DNA of 49,612 nucleotides from Bacteroidetes bacterium UBA1860. GTDB taxonomy: Bacteria > Bacteroidota > Rhodothermia > Balneolales > Balneolaceae. Under the pieces are notes generated by a model. It saw nothing but the letters and a program-made list of their open reading frames with translations, made no database searches and was not told the DNA's origin. The position numbers and the translations under genes are program-made. The DNA lies in the NCBI GenBank assembly GCA_002338335.1, contig DDIC01000053.1, positions 13,411 through 63,022 on the forward strand, written 5' to 3'. Below, piece after piece: positions 46,538 through 49,612 of this stretch (position 1 is its first letter; each line of letters starts with the position of its first letter).

Positions 46538-47619
46538 ACCATGAGGCAACAGGGCATGAAAAAGACGCTTCCTCTATGGAAAATCCTCAAGATGTGACGA
46601 GTCCACAAGAGCCAAAACAACCCAGTATGTGGGGAAGACTGGCTAAAATCGTGGGCTCTCTTGTGATTGCTGGGGTGTTGTTGTGGTTTTCATTGCGCGG
46701 AATTGACCTTCAAGAGTTTTGGCAACAACTTCAGCGAGTCCCTTTGGGCTGGGTCTGGATTTTCATCCCTGTCGCAATCCTCAGTCACTTATTTCGAGCT
46801 CTGCGATGGAGACTGTTGATTGAAAAAGAAGGCTCTGAGGCGAAAACTAGCACGTTATTTGCCGGCGTCATGTTGGGGTACTTTATGAACTTCCTGGTGC
46901 CCAGGCTTGGCGAAATCACAAGGCCTGTCTATGTGGCACGAAAAATCAATGCCTCTTCAAGCTGGATGATTGGTACGATTGTTTTGGAGAGGATCATCGA
47001 CTTACTCATCCTCATTGGGTTATTTTTCTTTGTGATTTTGGCCTTGTTGAGCGACTCAAGTGTCGTGACGGGCCTCTTGGGAACCGATGAGGTCCCCACG
47101 ACTTTATTGCTAGGCATTGTGGCTGCGGCGCTTATCGTGTTAGGCTTGATCTGGATTGGCTTGAAAGGGATCATGGCCTCGCGCGACCGACTTCCAGCAC
47201 CTGTGCAAAAAATCGCTGATTTAATCGTCTCATTTGGACAGGGTGTGTTGTCTATTCGTGGACTCAAAACCTGGCCTCAATTTACTGGGTATACAATTCT
47301 TACGTGGTTGGGGTACATCGCCATGAGTTACCTCCCCTTCTTTGCCATTGAGACGGTGCAGTCTGGTGTAACCTTAGGATTTACCGAGGCAATTGTCATT
47401 ACTGTGGTGGCCGGAATTGGAATTACCATACCTACGCCCGGTGGAATTGGCACCTATCATTTGTTTGTGCAACAGGCACTTTTTTTATTGTATGGTGTAC
47501 CACTTGTTGAAGGTCTTGCCTATGCTACATTATCCCATGGGCTAGGGATGATTGTGATTTTAGTCTCTACACCCATCCTGCTCTGGTTTGACAAGAATTT
47601 TACAAATGATGCGTTATAA
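46534..47619 (+). CDS. UPF0104 / lysylphosphatidylglycerol-synthase-TM-region-like (flippase-like) membrane protein
   Basis: 361 aa and polytopic. Family-typical LWFSLRGIDLQEFWQQL...HLFRALRWRLLI. ATGA overlap with the upstream gene. Confidence 0.65.
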   Translation: MNHEATGHEKDASSMENPQDVTSPQEPKQPSMWGRLAKIVGSLVIAGVLLWFSLRGIDLQEFWQQLQRVPLGWVWIFIPVAILSHLFRALRWRLLIEKEGSEAKTSTLFAGVMLGYFMNFLVPRLGEITRPVYVARKINASSSWMIGTIVLERIIDLLILIGLFFFVILALLSDSSVVTGLLGTDEVPTTLLLGIVAAALIVLGLIWIGLKGIMASRDRLPAPVQKIADLIVSFGQGVLSIRGLKTWPQFTGYTILTWLGYIAMSYLPFFAIETVQSGVTLGFTEAIVITVVAGIGITIPTPGGIGTYHLFVQQALFLLYGVPLVEGLAYATLSHGLGMIVILVSTPILLWFDKNFTNDAL

Positions 47620-47623
47620 CACG

Positions 47624-49525
47624 ATGAAATCGATTCTTAAAACTTGGTCCGTTGGGTTTATGGCGGTAATGGGTCTCTCTATGGTCTTTTGGTTAAGCCC
47701 ATGGACTGGGGTGGTTGCACAGGATAATACGGGAGGATCAGGATCTGGAAGTGGATCAGAATCTCGTGGTGAGAGCTCGCTACTCCCTGAGATTAACCCA
47801 CAAGACATTGAAATACGAAGTGAGTACAAGGCGCAGTTTCCGGGTGTGAGGCGTCAACCGATACTTGGATTTAAGCCAAGAGCTCGCGTGTTTCAGCTAG
47901 ACCCCAATCGAATGCCCTATATGGAGAGTGTGGACGAGGTGATCATGAACCTGCCCATTGGGACCTTGTCCAGGCCCGACGCGCCCCCCTATTCAGCATG
48001 GAATCCACCTGATCCAGAAACGTTGCTTCTGACGGCGTCGACAAGTAGTGCCATTACTCCTCGCGTGAGACTTGATTGGGCAACCCAACCACAGCGCCAG
48101 CCAATCGGCAGCCAGATGGACTCAGTGGGTCGCAGTCAATCGTATAAGCCTTGGGTTGGCATTATGCTGGATGGCATGAGTGAAGGGAATGCTGAGCCAT
48201 TTGAAGAGGTTCAGCGCTCAAAGGCTATAGGGCAAGTCTGGATTCGTAAACCTTTTAAAAATAATGTGAATTGGTCCACCACACTGGGCGGCTCCCATCG
48301 TGTGTTGGAGTGGTATTCAAGGCCCTCTGATTGGGTGCCACCTGCAGGGATTGAGGGAGCTGCCTCGGAGAATGATGAACCATTATGGCGGAATCAATGG
48401 AGTGTATTGGAGGTAGAAACGCAGCTTGCCAAACGTCGTCTTGATCAGCAACATTGGACCGTTGAGCTTGCTGCATCATTAGGCAGCTCTTCGTACGAAG
48501 ACGCCGTGACGCAAGAGTGTTGTCAACCCTTGGATCGGGATGTGTCTAATGTGGAGTTGGCGTTTGCCAAACAATGGCTTGGAGCCAATCCACAAGATTA
48601 TTGGGTCGTGGATGTGGCCACTGGGTGGTTTGCACTAAGTGGAGAGCACCAGGGGTATGTGACGACCACGGGAGAGTTTAAGCGGTGGTTGTGGGGCCGC
48701 ACTCCATTTGGTGCTCATGCTGGTATTACCCTGAGGCAACGCACGGATAAAGGGTCTACATTGTATCCTGTCGGGGGAGCCTCGTTTGAGCATACGTTTT
48801 CTCGCATCCTAACACTCGATTTAGATCTACTACAGGAGGTTAGGTTTGGGTCAGCAGATCGAGCATACGAATTGGCGCCCACGAGCCCTTACCTCGACCT
48901 GTTGCCACCCTCGGCAAACACGACAGCAGATGCAACGTTACGCGTTTCCTTTCCGTGGTCTACGGAGATTGCGCTTCATGTGTCAAGTAGTATCCAGAGG
49001 GGGTATACACTTCCTGTGTGGGGGGCTTTGCCATTAAACCAGGCCAGCCAGAGCCTTGGGATTCGGCATCAGTGGACATCGCGTCAAGCGTGGATACACG
49101 AAGCCTCTGTGGCCATAACGCAACCCTTACTCGTCGACAGGGTTTGGTTTAGATTTGCAGGTGGACAACGATGGAGTGAGTTGTTAGATCGACCCTCCGC
49201 TATTCACTCATCGATTGAGAGCATACAAAAAGGTGCCGAGGTCCCCTTACTCGCAGATCGCTGGATCCGACTTCATGGCTATGGGGTGCTCATGGAGGGT
49301 CTCGTGTTAGACATCGAGGCGCATTATGAAGGGGAAGCCGTGACGAGTGTTGGAACGCCCATTGAGGGTGACTGGATGATTCATTCAAAGTTGGAATTTC
49401 AAATAGGAGAGGCATTCGGTATTTTTGCAAGAGGAGTCAACCTTACGTCATCTAGACGGATTCTGGTTGAAAATATGCGCACACGCCCTGGTGAAGTTTA
49501 TTTTGGGCTGCGGTGGACTCCATAA
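47624..49525 (+). CDS. Secreted protein of unknown function, probable outer-membrane beta-barrel (634 aa)
   Basis: Start moved to ATG 47624 (MKSILKTWSVGFMAVMGLSMVFWLSPWTGVVAQ, a signal peptide). A GGSGSGSGSESRGESS linker follows. The body is Trp/Arg-rich with alternating hydrophobic residues, and the C-terminus EVYFGLRWTP is barrel-like. I recognise no family. Confidence 0.5.
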   Translation: MKSILKTWSVGFMAVMGLSMVFWLSPWTGVVAQDNTGGSGSGSGSESRGESSLLPEINPQDIEIRSEYKAQFPGVRRQPILGFKPRARVFQLDPNRMPYMESVDEVIMNLPIGTLSRPDAPPYSAWNPPDPETLLLTASTSSAITPRVRLDWATQPQRQPIGSQMDSVGRSQSYKPWVGIMLDGMSEGNAEPFEEVQRSKAIGQVWIRKPFKNNVNWSTTLGGSHRVLEWYSRPSDWVPPAGIEGAASENDEPLWRNQWSVLEVETQLAKRRLDQQHWTVELAASLGSSSYEDAVTQECCQPLDRDVSNVELAFAKQWLGANPQDYWVVDVATGWFALSGEHQGYVTTTGEFKRWLWGRTPFGAHAGITLRQRTDKGSTLYPVGGASFEHTFSRILTLDLDLLQEVRFGSADRAYELAPTSPYLDLLPPSANTTADATLRVSFPWSTEIALHVSSSIQRGYTLPVWGALPLNQASQSLGIRHQWTSRQAWIHEASVAITQPLLVDRVWFRFAGGQRWSELLDRPSAIHSSIESIQKGAEVPLLADRWIRLHGYGVLMEGLVLDIEAHYEGEAVTSVGTPIEGDWMIHSKLEFQIGEAFGIFARGVNLTSSRRILVENMRTRPGEVYFGLRWTP

Positions 49526-49545
49526 TACCATAGAGGGAACCAAAC

Positions 49546-49612
49546 ATGGGTCAAAAGCCGATAGATCATGCAATTGGCGAATGGATAATTGACAAATTGC
49601 GGCGTCATGAAG
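49546..49612 (+). CDS. Start of an unidentified CDS running off the right edge
   Basis: ATG at 49546 is followed by open frame MGQKPIDHAIGEWIIDKLRRHE... to the window end. Only 22 codons are visible. Confidence 0.3.
   Translation, partial: MGQKPIDHAIGEWIIDKLRRHE

Noticed and set aside
1-49612. Search for mobile elements, tRNA/rRNA genes, toxin-antitoxin pairs and defence islands
   Set aside because: No intergenic gap exceeds about 212 nt. None of the gaps shows tRNA-like cloverleaf features. I saw no transposase, integrase or recombinase motifs and no long inverted or direct terminal repeats. The window looks like core chromosome, so I report no novel multi-gene system rather than forcing one.

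Overview
This 49.6-kb window is almost fully coding. I count about 41 protein genes and see no rRNA, tRNA, CRISPR array, transposase, integrase or phage genes. It reads as chromosomal core genome. Three things point to an FCB-group (Bacteroidota/Rhodothermota/Balneolota-like) bacterium: a GNAT-argG-argC-argD arginine string, a long 620-aa YidC, and the lack of an obvious Shine-Dalgarno sequence at most starts I inspected. This taxon call is inference only.

Content, left to right:
- **Minus strand:** argD (partial), argC, argG, GNAT, mnmE, a POT peptide transporter, a Spy/CpxP-like periplasmic protein.
- **Plus strand:** a CaCA antiporter.
- **Minus strand:** ppgK, secA.
- **Plus strand, 11.4 kb, nearly gapless:** rpmH (missing from the ORF track), rnpA, yidC, an HsdR_N-like nuclease-fold protein, a Xaa-Pro peptidase, uvrA, marC, a DinB-fold protein, an alanine/glycine symporter, a PlsC-like acyltransferase.
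- **Mixed strands:** azurin-like cupredoxin, DUF4097-like repeat protein, proline dehydrogenase, M1 peptidase, recR, dnaX, S9 peptidase, gdh, a beta-propeller-phytase-like lipoprotein, GlsB/YeaQ, uvrB, tyrA, mrp/apbC.
- **Plus strand to the right edge:** gcvT, comB-like, ftsK, a LolA-like protein, a UPF0104 membrane protein and a 634-aa unknown secreted protein that is probably a beta-barrel.

I could not recognise a defence island or any other clear novel multi-gene system. The strongest unusual signal is dnaX. An A10 homopolymer is followed two codons later by a stop, and the tau C-terminal half lies open in the -1 frame. Full-length tau would therefore need transcriptional or ribosomal slippage, which is the inverse of the E. 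coli arrangement, unless this is a homopolymer sequencing error.

Secondary observations:
- A strong intrinsic terminator lies about 146 nt downstream of the Spy/CpxP-like gene and only 31 nt upstream of the POT transporter start.
- A terminator for the azurin gene is buried in the last codons of the convergent acyltransferase gene.
- Two convergent genes overlap by 47 nt.
- Several proteins carry unexplained extra domains.
- Several intergenic regions contain short repeats.

All calls come from reading the sequence and the ORF translations. No database search was possible.
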